In this document: positions 1 through 10,682 of the stretch, piece by piece
Position numbering within the stretch: the first letter of the stretch is position 1
How the letters are laid out: each line of letters opens with the position of its first letter
Assembly (NCBI GenBank): GCA_963727445.1
Contig: CAVSGI010000027.1
Location: 64,001-128,000 of the forward strand
Direction of reading: 5' to 3'
Length of the DNA stretch: 64,000 bases
Source of the DNA: an uncultured delta proteobacterium
GTDB lineage: Bacteria > Myxococcota_A > Polyangia > Polyangiales > B10-G4
Program-made: the position numbers and the translations under genes
The notes under the pieces: model-generated
Told to the model about the DNA's origin: nothing
Databases searched by the model: none
What the model saw: only the letters and a program-made list of their open reading frames with translations

Positions 1-2
1 GC

Positions 3-959
<957 letters not shown>

Positions 960-1036
960 AGGGCGCCTTCCACGACGGGCCGCGTAACGGCGCCTGAAGC
1001 GCGCCATCGCGCGGCCCGCGCTAGACTTCGGTTCCG

Positions 1037-2341
1037 ATGTCCTCGGACAAACCCCTTCCCTGGCCCTACGACGTGCGCCGCGGCGACGTCGACGAGGTCA
1101 TGGTGGTGGCGAGCGACATCGAGATCGGGGCGGGCGGCGCCACCGAGGACTTCCCGCAGTCGGCGTTCCTCGGCGACCTCTTCCTGCGCTACTGCGCGCC
1201 CCCTTTCGCCCACCTGCCCGTCACCCTCGTCCTCAACGGCGACAGCTTCGATCTCCTCAAGACCCCGCTGAAAGACGGCACCTTCCCCGTCCACGTCAGC
1301 GAAGAGATCGCCGTCGCGAAGCTCGAGCGCATCATCGCCGCCCACGGGCCTTACTTCGAGCGCCTGCGGCGCTTCCTCGCCTACGACGGCGCACCCCGCG
1401 ACCTGATCTTCGTCGTCGGCAATCACGACATGGAGGTCTTCTTTCCCGGCGTGCAGGAGCGCTTGCGCCAGGAGCTGGGCAACTCCGATCGAATCGCCTT
1501 TCCCGGTCTGCGTCACCAGCACGGGCTCGTTCACGTCGAGCACGGCCAACAGCACGACCCCCTCTTCGCCATCGACGCCCACCACCCCTTCTTGAGCTGG
1601 GAAGGCGAGACCATTCTCAATCTCCCCTGGGGGACGCTGGCGCTCCTCGAAGTGGCGATGCCCTTCCTGCCGGAGCTTCATCAGATCGATCGCCTCAAGC
1701 CGAGAGACGAGGTCCTCGACGCGCTTCCGGAGGTGCGCGAGCTCCTTCTGTCAGCGTTCTGGCGCTACTGGACCCGCGACTTCTGGCAGCGCTACTGGCG
1801 CAGCCGCGACCCGCTCCGCCGCGTCAGCTGGACCATGCTGCAGGAGGTCGCCTATCGATTCAGCACCGGCGATCCGGACGTCTCGATGCAGGACTGCCGC
1901 CGGCTCCTGCACGGACGGCGTGACGACACCCTGTTGATCCTCCTCGGCCACGAGCACGAGCCGGCGTGGTGGAACGAAGGAGAGCGGCGCGTCCTGCGCA
2001 CCGGGTGCTTTCGCAACGAGTACGCCGCGGACCTGATGGGCACCCACCATCGCCTCCTGCCCAAGGTCTACGCCGAGGTCTATCTGAACGACGGCGTGCC
2101 CCTGCGCTCGCGCCTGGTGGAGGTGAACGCTCCCCCGCCGCCGGCCGACAACCTCCCCGGCTCCCTCGACGCGATCGTGAGCCGCGTACCGCTCCTCCGG
2201 CAGGCTGCGCATCTCGACGACGCCCCTCGCGCGGCCAAGGCGCGCGCTGCTCAACGAGATCGAGAGGCCGATGAGCACAAGAGCCGCGCCCTGCCCGGCT
2301 TCGTCGAGACGCTACGGCACGTCCTGAGTCGCAACTCGTAG
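1037..2341 (+). CDS. Calcineurin-like metallophosphoesterase (LpxH-like)
   Basis: Motifs SDIE, NGDSFD, GNHD, EHG, GHEH in the expected order. Confidence 0.8.
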   Translation: MSSDKPLPWPYDVRRGDVDEVMVVASDIEIGAGGATEDFPQSAFLGDLFLRYCAPPFAHLPVTLVLNGDSFDLLKTPLKDGTFPVHVSEEIAVAKLERIIAAHGPYFERLRRFLAYDGAPRDLIFVVGNHDMEVFFPGVQERLRQELGNSDRIAFPGLRHQHGLVHVEHGQQHDPLFAIDAHHPFLSWEGETILNLPWGTLALLEVAMPFLPELHQIDRLKPRDEVLDALPEVRELLLSAFWRYWTRDFWQRYWRSRDPLRRVSWTMLQEVAYRFSTGDPDVSMQDCRRLLHGRRDDTLLILLGHEHEPAWWNEGERRVLRTGCFRNEYAADLMGTHHRLLPKVYAEVYLNDGVPLRSRLVEVNAPPPPADNLPGSLDAIVSRVPLLRQAAHLDDAPRAAKARAAQRDREADEHKSRALPGFVETLRHVLSRNS

Positions 2342-2414
2342 CTCACCCGCGCTGAGGCACGAGACGACGGATTGGCGAGGCGGCAGAGGAACGAGCGAGG
2401 CCCCTCGAAACTCG

Positions 2415-3356
2415 TCAGCTGCGCACGCGCCTCTCCGCTTCGACGAGCGCTTCCATCACCTCTCGGCTGGCCTTCTGCACCGCGGGCTCCGCTTCGCCGT
2501 CGAAGCGGTCGGGGTGCACAGCACGTGCGAGACGGCGCAGTGCCCGGCGTGCCGCGGGGGCGTCTGCGTCGTGGGGGATGTCGAGGAGGCTGGTGGCGCC
2601 TGCCGCGTGGCGAAGCTGGCGCTGCTTGCGCAGGAGCAGCGAGTAGCTGCGGCCCGCGGTGGGCGCGCTGATCGCCGACAAGAGGTGGAGCGCGTAGAGG
2701 GAACGGATCGCGCGCGAGGAGCCGCCACCCATGGCGAGCACCATGTCCACCGGCGCGCCACGCCTCAGGATGGGCAGCATCGCTTCCTCGACGGGCGTCA
2801 GCTCCGCGTCCTCGACCAACGCCCCGCCGAGCCGTGAGAGCAGCACCACGCCCAAGCCGAGGCGCCGCCGCGCGAGCAGCAGCGGCACGTCGCCCACCGC
2901 TTCGCGCATGGAGGCGAGCACCAGGTCGGCGGGCTCACGCGCAGCCTTCACGTGCGCCACCCCGACGTCCGCGAGCCCGGCGCGGAAGCGCAACTCCGCG
3001 GAGGGCCACATCAGGGTGTCGGCCACCCGCCGCGAGAGCTGCTGCCCGAGCGCCGCCTCCACCGCCTCGCGACTCGCGGCGCCGACCTCCACCAACCATT
3101 GCCCCACCGGACCGATCGGCGACGCCGCCCGGAGCGCCGTCTCGTGCGCGCGTCGATCCAGCTCCCCCCGACGGGCGAGGACGTCGCCGAGGGTCTCCTC
3201 GTCATCGGGAACGGAGATGGCGCGCGGCACCCCGCGAACGATGGCCAGCTTCGCTTCACGCCTCTCCGCTCGCACCGTCAGCACGCCCGTCGCCTCCGCG
3301 CGGCGGAGGGCCAAAAGGGCACGAGAGATGGAGGTGGCGCTGGGAAGCGGGTCCAC
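2415..3356 (-). CDS. DUF4388-type domain plus C-terminal DnaJ (J) domain protein
   Basis: N-terminal ATGVLTV...LGDVL pattern; C-terminal RRALRRLARAVHPDRF (HPD motif); GTG start chosen, TTG at 3392 is an alternative. Confidence 0.75.
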   Translation of the reverse strand: MDPLPSATSISRALLALRRAEATGVLTVRAERREAKLAIVRGVPRAISVPDDEETLGDVLARRGELDRRAHETALRAASPIGPVGQWLVEVGAASREAVEAALGQQLSRRVADTLMWPSAELRFRAGLADVGVAHVKAAREPADLVLASMREAVGDVPLLLARRRLGLGVVLLSRLGGALVEDAELTPVEEAMLPILRRGAPVDMVLAMGGGSSRAIRSLYALHLLSAISAPTAGRSYSLLLRKQRQLRHAAGATSLLDIPHDADAPAARRALRRLARAVHPDRFDGEAEPAVQKASREVMEALVEAERRVRS

Positions 3357-3413
3357 CCCACGGGGGTACCGAGGGCGAGCCCCAACCGCCAAGTTTTTGG
3401 CGACGACGCCTCC

Positions 3414-5552
3414 TCAGGCGCCGCCGCCCGCGAGCCGTTCGAGATCGCCGAGCGCCCGCTGCCAGCCCGCTTCGTTCGACGGGTCGCGCCGGCGCGCGTC
3501 CGCCAGGATGGCGCGTGCCCTGTCGACATGGCCGGCTGCCACCTCGACCCGCACCGCCGCCATCACCACCTCCGGCGAAGGCGGCGCTCGCTGGAGCAGC
3601 GGGGCGAGCGCCTGTCGCGCGCCCTCGAAGGAGCCGAGCGCCAGCTGCGCGCGCGACCGGCTGAGCGCCCCTTCGATGTCGTCGCCACCGGGGGCCCCAT
3701 CCATCTCCAGCGCGGCGGCTTCGATGGCAGAAGCGATGGCTTCGCTACGCGCGTCGCCGCCCGAAATCGCCCGAGCGCGTGCGGACGCGCGCCGGGCGGC
3801 TTCGAAATGAAGCCGGCGCGCCCGGGCCAGCGCGAGGGCATCGTAAGCGTCGACGTCGCGCGGCTCGCGCCGCGTGATCTCTCGCAGGCGCGCCACGGAT
3901 TCCGACAGCGCACCGTCCCGCATCTCGGCGGTCGCCCAGGGGAGCTGCACGCGCTGCGAGTCTTCCGCCAGCCGCTGTCGCTCCTCGTCCGAGAGCCGCA
4001 GCGCGATCACCCCGCCGCCGATCTCCAGGGTCGCCTCGCGACCTTCGACGATGGACGCGTAGAAATCGCGAAGGGCGCCGAGCGCGGCGTGATCCGCGTC
4101 GTCGATGCTTGTGGCGCGGAGCCGAGCGAGCTCGAGCGCCACGTCGATCTCGAGACGTCGATCGTGGGCGCGCACCGCCTGGTCGTAGGCGCCGAGGAGC
4201 AGCGCCTGTGCCTCGCCGCTCAGCCCCGCGTCGGCGGCGAGGCTCGCCAGCTCGCGCGCTGCCACCACGTTCCGCGGATTTTCACGATGCTCGTACTCCC
4301 AGAGTGCTTCGTCGGAGGCGAAGTGCCCCTGTGCGATCACGGTGAGGGTCGCGAGCCCGAAGAGAGCGGGGAGCGCACCGGCGAAGAGCACACGGGTCAG
4401 GGCTCGGTCAGGCGAAGCCGCGAGCCCGAGCAAAGCCCGCGTCACGAGGGCCGCGATGCCGAGGTGGGGCAGAAAGAGAAAGCGCTCCGAGATCCAGGAG
4501 TAGTGGCCCAGGGGAACGATGTTGAGGACCGGGACGAGCGGAAGGAGGAAGTAGCAGAGGTCTGCCAGCCAGGGACGCAGCCGGGGCGCTCGGCGCGCCC
4601 GCATCCCGAGGACGGCGACCGCCACGACTGTGGCCGCGCCCGCGAAGAGCGCCGCCGGATCGTAGACGGCTCCGTAGCTCTCGTCGTGCATCCGGATCGC
4701 GGGGTGAACGGTCGTGGACAGCGGCCAGAGCGTGGCGAGCACGTAATGACCGAGCGATGCGAGCACGCGCTGCAAGAGATCCGCGACGTCGCCCGACCCG
4801 AGACCCACGGACGGGACGAAGGCAAAGCGGAGGACGAGAGCCGAGAGCACGCCCGCGGCCGCAGCGACGAGATGCTTTGCCTTTCGTCGAAGCGCGTCCG
4901 AGGCCCGCGCTTCGCCACGGAGGAGCACCACGTCGACGGCGAGGAGCACGGGCATCACCAGCGCGGCCTCCTTCGACAGGACCGCGGCGGCGAAGAAGAG
5001 GCCCGTCCCCAGGACGGCCGAGGGGCGCGGGGAGCTCGCCGACAAGAGCCCGCCGAGCGCGCATGCGGTCATCGCCACGTCAGGCAGTCCGCTGATCCAG
5101 GTCACCGACTCCACACGCGCCGGCAAGAGCGCGAAGAGCAGCGACCCGACCGCCGCTGCGCCGAGCGTAGCGGCATCGGGCGCGCCCGCGTGACGACGCC
5201 GGAGCCAGAGGAAGAGCAGCAGCGCGACCAGCGCGTGCAGCGCGATGCTGACGGCATGGTAGCCGGCCGGCGACTGGCCGAAGACTTCGTGCTCGAGGAG
5301 CTGCGCGGCCTTCACGAGGGGGCGATAGATGCCGCGGTAGACGGGGTTGTCGGGCGCCGGTGCGGCGGAGACGTCCCAGAAGCCGGTGGTGAGCGCGCGG
5401 CCGAGGTTGTCGAGGCCGTGCGCGTGGGTGTTGTGGACGATCAGCGACCAGTCGTCGGAGACGAAGCCCGCCCAGAGCGAAGGGGCGAAGACAAGCAGGG
5501 TGACGACGGCCACGCCGAGGGCGACGAGCCGCGTTCGCTGACGCGTCGCCAC
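3414..5552 (-). CDS. TMTC-like (GT-C fold) membrane glycosyltransferase with C-terminal TPRs
   Basis: FVSDD, YRPL, YHAVSIALH, ESVTWISG, LSKE and ERFLFLP motifs; many TM helices; TPR-like tail. Confidence 0.75.
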   Translation of the reverse strand: MATRQRTRLVALGVAVVTLLVFAPSLWAGFVSDDWSLIVHNTHAHGLDNLGRALTTGFWDVSAAPAPDNPVYRGIYRPLVKAAQLLEHEVFGQSPAGYHAVSIALHALVALLLFLWLRRRHAGAPDAATLGAAAVGSLLFALLPARVESVTWISGLPDVAMTACALGGLLSASSPRPSAVLGTGLFFAAAVLSKEAALVMPVLLAVDVVLLRGEARASDALRRKAKHLVAAAAGVLSALVLRFAFVPSVGLGSGDVADLLQRVLASLGHYVLATLWPLSTTVHPAIRMHDESYGAVYDPAALFAGAATVVAVAVLGMRARRAPRLRPWLADLCYFLLPLVPVLNIVPLGHYSWISERFLFLPHLGIAALVTRALLGLAASPDRALTRVLFAGALPALFGLATLTVIAQGHFASDEALWEYEHRENPRNVVAARELASLAADAGLSGEAQALLLGAYDQAVRAHDRRLEIDVALELARLRATSIDDADHAALGALRDFYASIVEGREATLEIGGGVIALRLSDEERQRLAEDSQRVQLPWATAEMRDGALSESVARLREITRREPRDVDAYDALALARARRLHFEAARRASARARAISGGDARSEAIASAIEAAALEMDGAPGGDDIEGALSRSRAQLALGSFEGARQALAPLLQRAPPSPEVVMAAVRVEVAAGHVDRARAILADARRRDPSNEAGWQRALGDLERLAGGGA

Positions 5553-5556
5553 GGCC

Positions 5557-6507
5557 TCACGCGTAGCGGGGATCGCCGGGCTCGAGATCGAGGGCGTCTC
5601 GAATCTCGCCGTAACGGCTCGAGAGGCTGCCGGGCGCGACGCCGTAGCGGCGCGCGACGCTGGCCTTCGTCACTCCGCGCACCCCCATCACGAAGGTGAT
5701 GGCGTACTCGACGGCCGCGGCGTAGGTCTCGGGCTTGATCACCCGGAGGTGGCGGCCGTCGTGGAAGTCGGCCCAGAGCGCCCGGGCGCGCGCCACGGCG
5801 GCCTTCGAAAAGCCGGCCTTCTGCATCTCGCGCTCGAGCGCACGCTCGACCTCGAGCTCCTTGCCGTCGACGCGATGCACGCCCGCCGGATGCTCCAGAC
5901 GCGGCGACGGGCGGTCGCCGGCGCCCCCCTCAATCCACTCGAGGAGATCCCGGTGGCTCGCGTTGTGCGGCGCCGCGAGGGCCGCGTCCTCCGCCAGCTC
6001 ACGGGCTTCTTCGAGCTTGCCGAGGCGCGCGAGGCAGTGCGCGAGCGACGCGGTGATCTCGTGCTCGAGCGGCTCCATGCGATGCGCGTCGCGCAGGTGG
6101 TGCTCGGCGTCGGCGGCACGCTCGAGCGCGACATCGAGGAGGTGACCCAGGTTGTGGTGGTACCAGGGGTTCTGAGGCGAGATCAGAAGCGCGCGACGAT
6201 ACGCAGCGACGGCGGCGCGGAAATTACCGAGCAGCGCCTGGCAGAGCCCCATGAGCGCGTGGACCACGTCGTCGTCCTGACGGTGCGCCGCGACCCGCCG
6301 GAGGTGCAGCGCCGCCTGCCACGGATCGGATTCGATGCGCAGCTCTGCGAGGTGCCGGTGCGCGAAGAGCGCATGCTCGCCCTCGTCACCCACGACGTCG
6401 AGGAGCTGAAGGAGCAGCGCGGAGATGTCCTTGCCGTCAGCGCCTTTCGCGAGGGCGTTCTCGGCGAGTCTTCGCAACCGGTCCGCATCGTTCGGAGCAC
6501 CGCTCAT
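5557..6507 (-). CDS. TPR protein with C-terminal TFIIB/cyclin-like HTH domain
   Basis: TPR pattern (AAVAAYRRALLISPQNPWYHHNLG); tail KPETYAAAVEY...TKASVARRYGVAPGSLSSRYGEI; ATG at 6507. Confidence 0.7.
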   Translation of the reverse strand: MSGAPNDADRLRRLAENALAKGADGKDISALLLQLLDVVGDEGEHALFAHRHLAELRIESDPWQAALHLRRVAAHRQDDDVVHALMGLCQALLGNFRAAVAAYRRALLISPQNPWYHHNLGHLLDVALERAADAEHHLRDAHRMEPLEHEITASLAHCLARLGKLEEARELAEDAALAAPHNASHRDLLEWIEGGAGDRPSPRLEHPAGVHRVDGKELEVERALEREMQKAGFSKAAVARARALWADFHDGRHLRVIKPETYAAAVEYAITFVMGVRGVTKASVARRYGVAPGSLSSRYGEIRDALDLEPGDPRYA

Positions 6508-6614
6508 GCCCGACTCGTATAGCTTTTCGTACCCCGAGGGGCAAGAGCGACACATCCGGACAACCACGCGGCGGACGCGTCGCGGAGCCAGGATTGCCAA
6601 CCTCGCGATCGCAC

Positions 6615-7358
6615 CTATTCCGCCTTGCGGAGCATCGCGATCAAGAAGCCGCCGAGGTACCGAAACGGTGACGCACTGGCGCGCCGCTCTGCCCGGGCGA
6701 TCGCCGCGCCCAGAAGCGGAATTCGGTGCACGAAAGCCGCGGGTGTCACCACGCGAACGCCGTGAAAATCGACGAGATCTACGCCCGGCGGAAGGTGGCG
6801 CGGTATCACCCACGGTGCGTCCCAGCGGGTGTAGACATCCGCCTCCGTCCGACCGTCACTGATCGGCTGCGGCCCCGCGAGACGTTTCGCTACGTAACGC
6901 AGGCTCAAGGGGTTGTAGAACTCCAGGAACATGTAGCCGCCGGGCCGGGTGACGCGTGCGATCTCGGCCAACGCGACATCGATGTCGGGGACGTGCGCGA
7001 GCACTTTGAAGGAGCACACCACGTCGAAGCTCTCGTCCTCGAAAGGCAGCTCGGTGGCGCTGGCCTCGTGCACCTTCAGCCCGCGCTCTCGCGCCTTGTC
7101 GAGCATCCCGGGCGACAGATCGATGCCGACTGCTTCGTCGGCGATGGCGGCGAGCCGCTCGAGGATCAGCCCGGTGCCACAGCCGACCTCGAGCACGCGC
7201 TTGCCGCGCACGAAATCGCGCACCGTCTCGATCTCGAGGTCGTCGATCAGGCCGTGATAGCCACGCCCCCGCTCGTCCTCGTAGCCGGCGCTGAAGTCGT
7301 CGTAATAGCCTCGCGCCCTTTCGTCCGAAGGCGCTCTCGTTTCGGTTCCATCATCCAT
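6615..7358 (-). CDS. Class I SAM-dependent methyltransferase
   Basis: VLEVGCGTG, IDLSPGML, LPFEDESFD, RVTRPGG; start overlaps the upstream GT4 stop. Confidence 0.9.
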   Translation of the reverse strand: MDDGTETRAPSDERARGYYDDFSAGYEDERGRGYHGLIDDLEIETVRDFVRGKRVLEVGCGTGLILERLAAIADEAVGIDLSPGMLDKARERGLKVHEASATELPFEDESFDVVCSFKVLAHVPDIDVALAEIARVTRPGGYMFLEFYNPLSLRYVAKRLAGPQPISDGRTEADVYTRWDAPWVIPRHLPPGVDLVDFHGVRVVTPAAFVHRIPLLGAAIARAERRASASPFRYLGGFLIAMLRKAE

Positions 7359-8466
7359 CGAGCAGCTCGTCGTACAACGCTTCGTAGCGTCGCGCCATGG
7401 CGGCGGGCAGGTGATTGGCGAGGACGTGGCTCCGGGCCGCCTCCCCCAGGGCCTCTCGCGCCGCCTCGTCGTCCAGGATCTCGTCGAAGAGCGCGGCGAT
7501 CTGCGCTGGATCGCCATCCACCAGGCGCGCCCCACCCTGCTCGGCGAGCTCCGCGGCCGCGGTGCCTTCGGCGACCACCGTCGGCCGCTCCATGCTCATC
7601 GCCTCGAGGAGCACCAGCGGATAATCCATCTTCGCGTAAAGATCGTCGCTGGGCAGCGCCACGATGTCCGCCGCGCCCAGCAGAGCGTGGATCCGGCGGG
7701 TCTCCCCCACCCACACCGTTCGCTCCGCGAGCCCATTCGCCGAGACCTCCTGGCGAAGCGCGTCCTCCGCGACCTCGGCCTGAGGCGTCTTCTTCCGCGC
7801 GGCGATCACCAGGACGACGTCGCTTCGATTCATCGCCGCGACCCCGTGGATCACGCGCTCGGCGCCCGCCCCGAACTCGAGGTCGCCCGGATAGACGATC
7901 ACCGGCGCCGTGAGCGGCAGCTCGAAGTGCTGGCGCGCTTCGGCCCGCTCCGCGTCGCTCAGCGGATCGAGCGGCTCGATCGCGGGGCCGATGCGGCGGA
8001 TGCGCTTCGCGGGCATCCCTTCGTCGATGAGCCGCCGCTCCGTATGTCGACTGAGCACCACGGTGATGTCGGCGAAGAGGACCCGCTCGAGGTCGAGCCC
8101 CTCCCGCGGCGCGCTGCAGACGGTGTGCACCGAGGGGACGCGCCGCGTTCGGCAGAGCGCGCGCGAGGCGATCGACGTCTTCGGGTTCGGGGCGAAGAAG
8201 AAGTGCCAGAGGTCGCCGCGCCGCCCGAGCGCGAGCCGCCCCAGCACCTTCAGGTTGTCGGCGAGCGGCGGCGAGAAGCCGCCGGCGCGCTCCGGATAGA
8301 GCGCCTCTACCACGCTGCCCTCGGGCAGCGCGAGCTCGACGCCGGGCCGCGAGAGCACCCGGGGGTGATGACGCGACAAGCTCCTCGCGAGGTCGTGGAC
8401 GAGGTTCTTGCTGCTGTCGTTCCAGGGGGGAGCGACGGGTTTGGAGATGAAGAAGATCTCGGCCAA
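7351..8466 (-). CDS. Glycosyltransferase family 4 (GT-B)
   Basis: ADIVALPS...DYPLVLLEAMSMERPTV acceptor/donor motif; typical C-terminal helix. Confidence 0.85.
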   Translation of the reverse strand: MAEIFFISKPVAPPWNDSSKNLVHDLARSLSRHHPRVLSRPGVELALPEGSVVEALYPERAGGFSPPLADNLKVLGRLALGRRGDLWHFFFAPNPKTSIASRALCRTRRVPSVHTVCSAPREGLDLERVLFADITVVLSRHTERRLIDEGMPAKRIRRIGPAIEPLDPLSDAERAEARQHFELPLTAPVIVYPGDLEFGAGAERVIHGVAAMNRSDVVLVIAARKKTPQAEVAEDALRQEVSANGLAERTVWVGETRRIHALLGAADIVALPSDDLYAKMDYPLVLLEAMSMERPTVVAEGTAAAELAEQGGARLVDGDPAQIAALFDEILDDEAAREALGEAARSHVLANHLPAAMARRYEALYDELLDG

Positions 8467-8482
8467 GGAGCTACTCCAGGCG

Positions 8483-8992
8483 CTACTCGTCGTCGCCTGC
8501 GCTCACGACCTCGTCGTCCTCCGGCGGCGGCTCGGTCCTTCGCCGGCCCCGCGGCGGAGAGTCGCTCTTCCTGCCCTTGCGCTTGGGCTCGACCTCGGCC
8601 TTCACCTCGGGCTTCACGCCTCCGGCGTCGTTGGGGATGAAGCGTATCTCCGTCTTGATCTCGAAGGACAGGCTGGTGAGCGCCTTCTGGAGCTCGGTCG
8701 CGATGTCCGTCGCCTGCAGGAAGTCACGCACCTCGCCGGCGACCACCCGCACCAGGGCGTTCTTCGTCTCGTCGACCTGCGAGAAGATGTAGCCCACCAG
8801 CTCCTTGGGCAGCTTCACGTTTTCGCCGACGAGCTCCCGAACGACGTTGTCCGTCCTGCTCAGCGTGCCGATGCCCGCCTCGAGGCCGCGCCGGATGGCG
8901 CCGCCGAGCAGTTTCTCCAGACGCAACCTGCGGCGCTTCTCGTCGTCGATATCCGGTGGGATCTCGGACTCGCGACTCTCTTCGTCGGCCAT
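8483..8992 (-). CDS. Hypothetical protein, helical/coiled
   Basis: Strong GC3-biased codon usage; fits the operon-like arrangement. Confidence 0.7.
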   Translation of the reverse strand: MADEESRESEIPPDIDDEKRRRLRLEKLLGGAIRRGLEAGIGTLSRTDNVVRELVGENVKLPKELVGYIFSQVDETKNALVRVVAGEVRDFLQATDIATELQKALTSLSFEIKTEIRFIPNDAGGVKPEVKAEVEPKRKGRKSDSPPRGRRRTEPPPEDDEVVSAGDDE

Positions 8993-9013
8993 GCGGGGAT
9001 TATGCCTTCCGGC

Positions 9014-10045
9014 TCACTGCATGTCGCTGTCGTCGAAGCCGGGCGGCAGGCGCCCCGCCTCGCGCAGCTCCTCGATACGCCGCTCGCGGGCGTTGCGAAG
9101 CTCGGTCGGACCCGGGGAAGCCCCGCGCGCCGGCGTCTCCGGATCGAAGCCTTCGGGCAGCTGGGGTGGGCTGCGGTGCGCCTCGGCCGCGCCCCCCTCG
9201 ACCCGGCGGATCAGAATGCGCTCGATCACCACGTCGGTGAGCGGGGCGTTGTCGGAGTCGCCGTCCTGAGGCACCCGCGCGATGTTCGCGATCGTCTCCT
9301 CTGGCCGGCACTGACCGAAGATGGTGTAGCTGCCATCGAGCTGGGTCGCCGGTCCGTCGGTGATGAAGAACTGCGCGCCGTTCTCGTTGGGGGCGGGCGG
9401 AGCCATGCAGAGCTGACCGGCGCGATCGTGCAGCTGAAGCGACTCGTGGATCTCGTCGGGGATGGTGTAGCCGACGGTGCCGCTGCCGTCGCCGAGGTAG
9501 TCGCCGCCCTGGATCATGTAGTTCGGGATCACCCGGTGGAACTTCGTCATCCGGTATGCCGGACGAGTGACCCACTGCCCCGCGCGCGCGTCCCACCACG
9601 GGCGCTTGCCACGGGCGAGGCCGATGAAGTTGGCGACGGTGTTGGGAGCGCGGTCGGCGTGGAGGTCACAGAAGATCGTCCCGAGGTCGGTGTTGATCTC
9701 CGCCACCAGATCGCCGTCGATGGGAAGCCCCTCGACGGCATCCTCGAGCGTGAAGTGCCCCTCCTTCGGATCGGGTGCGTTGGGCTCGCGTACCAGCTGC
9801 TCCTCGAGGTGCTCCCGCTGGCGCTCGCGCTCCGCCTCCCGGCGCTCCGTCGCGGCGCGACCCGCGGCGCTCGGGTTCGAAAAGATGATGTCGTAGCCGT
9901 CGGGGGTCTGCGGGGCCGGCTCGCCGGCACCCGGGGTCGCGGCTCTGAGCGCGCGCTCGCCTTCGTCGCCCTCCCCGTCATCGCCACAGGCGACGACGGT
10001 GAGGCTGAGCGCGACGAGCGCAGCGATTTTCGTTCGTGCTTTCAT
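9014..10045 (-). CDS. Cyclophilin-type peptidyl-prolyl isomerase, lipoprotein
   Basis: APNTVANFIGLA, FHRVIPNYMIQGGD, NGAQFFIT, LDGSYTIFG; lipobox VVAC. Confidence 0.93.
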   Translation of the reverse strand: MKARTKIAALVALSLTVVACGDDGEGDEGERALRAATPGAGEPAPQTPDGYDIIFSNPSAAGRAATERREAERERQREHLEEQLVREPNAPDPKEGHFTLEDAVEGLPIDGDLVAEINTDLGTIFCDLHADRAPNTVANFIGLARGKRPWWDARAGQWVTRPAYRMTKFHRVIPNYMIQGGDYLGDGSGTVGYTIPDEIHESLQLHDRAGQLCMAPPAPNENGAQFFITDGPATQLDGSYTIFGQCRPEETIANIARVPQDGDSDNAPLTDVVIERILIRRVEGGAAEAHRSPPQLPEGFDPETPARGASPGPTELRNARERRIEELREAGRLPPGFDDSDMQ

Positions 10046-10560
10046 GGTGACTCTCCGGGGAGGGATACGCCCGACAGCTCGATCCCGCTACCCGGGACGA
10101 TCCCGTGGGTTCGGGCGAAGCCGGCGTTGACCTCGAGTACGTAGCGGCTGGGCTTGTCGATCGCGATGGAATCCTCACTCAAAGGCACGGTATCCGTGAC
10201 GATCCCCAGGATCGTCAGGTCCTCGCCGATGAACAGGACATCCAAGGGGATGAAAGTGTTCTTCATCCAAAAACTGGCAGTCTTCGGCTCCTCGAAGACG
10301 AAGAGCATCCCGGCGTCGGGATCGAGGTGGCGGCGGAACATCAGCCCCTGGGCGCGCTCCTGCGGGTCGTCCGCGACCTCGATGCGCACCTCCACGGGCT
10401 CGGCATCCCGGGCGAGCAGGCGAAGCAGGGGCCGGCTGGGCAGCTCGGCGGCCTGCTGAAGCGGCTCCGAGGGGGCCTCGGCGACCTCCACCGCCCCCTC
10501 GGTGGACTGGACCTCGGGAGCGCTCCCCCGCCACGGCTTCACCTCCGCTTCCGCACCCAA
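10042..10560 (-). CDS. DUF192 family protein
   Basis: EVAD...RAQGLMFR...GMLFVF...FWMKNTFIPLD...YVLEVNAG; start uncertain. Confidence 0.88.
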   Translation of the reverse strand: MGAEAEVKPWRGSAPEVQSTEGAVEVAEAPSEPLQQAAELPSRPLLRLLARDAEPVEVRIEVADDPQERAQGLMFRRHLDPDAGMLFVFEEPKTASFWMKNTFIPLDVLFIGEDLTILGIVTDTVPLSEDSIAIDKPSRYVLEVNAGFARTHGIVPGSGIELSGVSLPGESP

Positions 10561-10682
10561 GCACCATCATCAGGACCCAGATCAACGCGCGCCCCTTTGC
10601 AAGTCACGGCTCTGCGGCTCGCCCCCGCGGCCGAGGACGGGGTGGTAGCACACCCCCGCGAGCCCGGTATGCTCCGGGCCAT

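Noticed and set aside
2952..5699. Large antisense or alternate-frame ORFs (also 13438-15510, 19771-21744, 40083-42062 and others)
   Set aside because: Shadow ORFs expected in high-GC DNA opposite well-supported genes; no recognisable motifs
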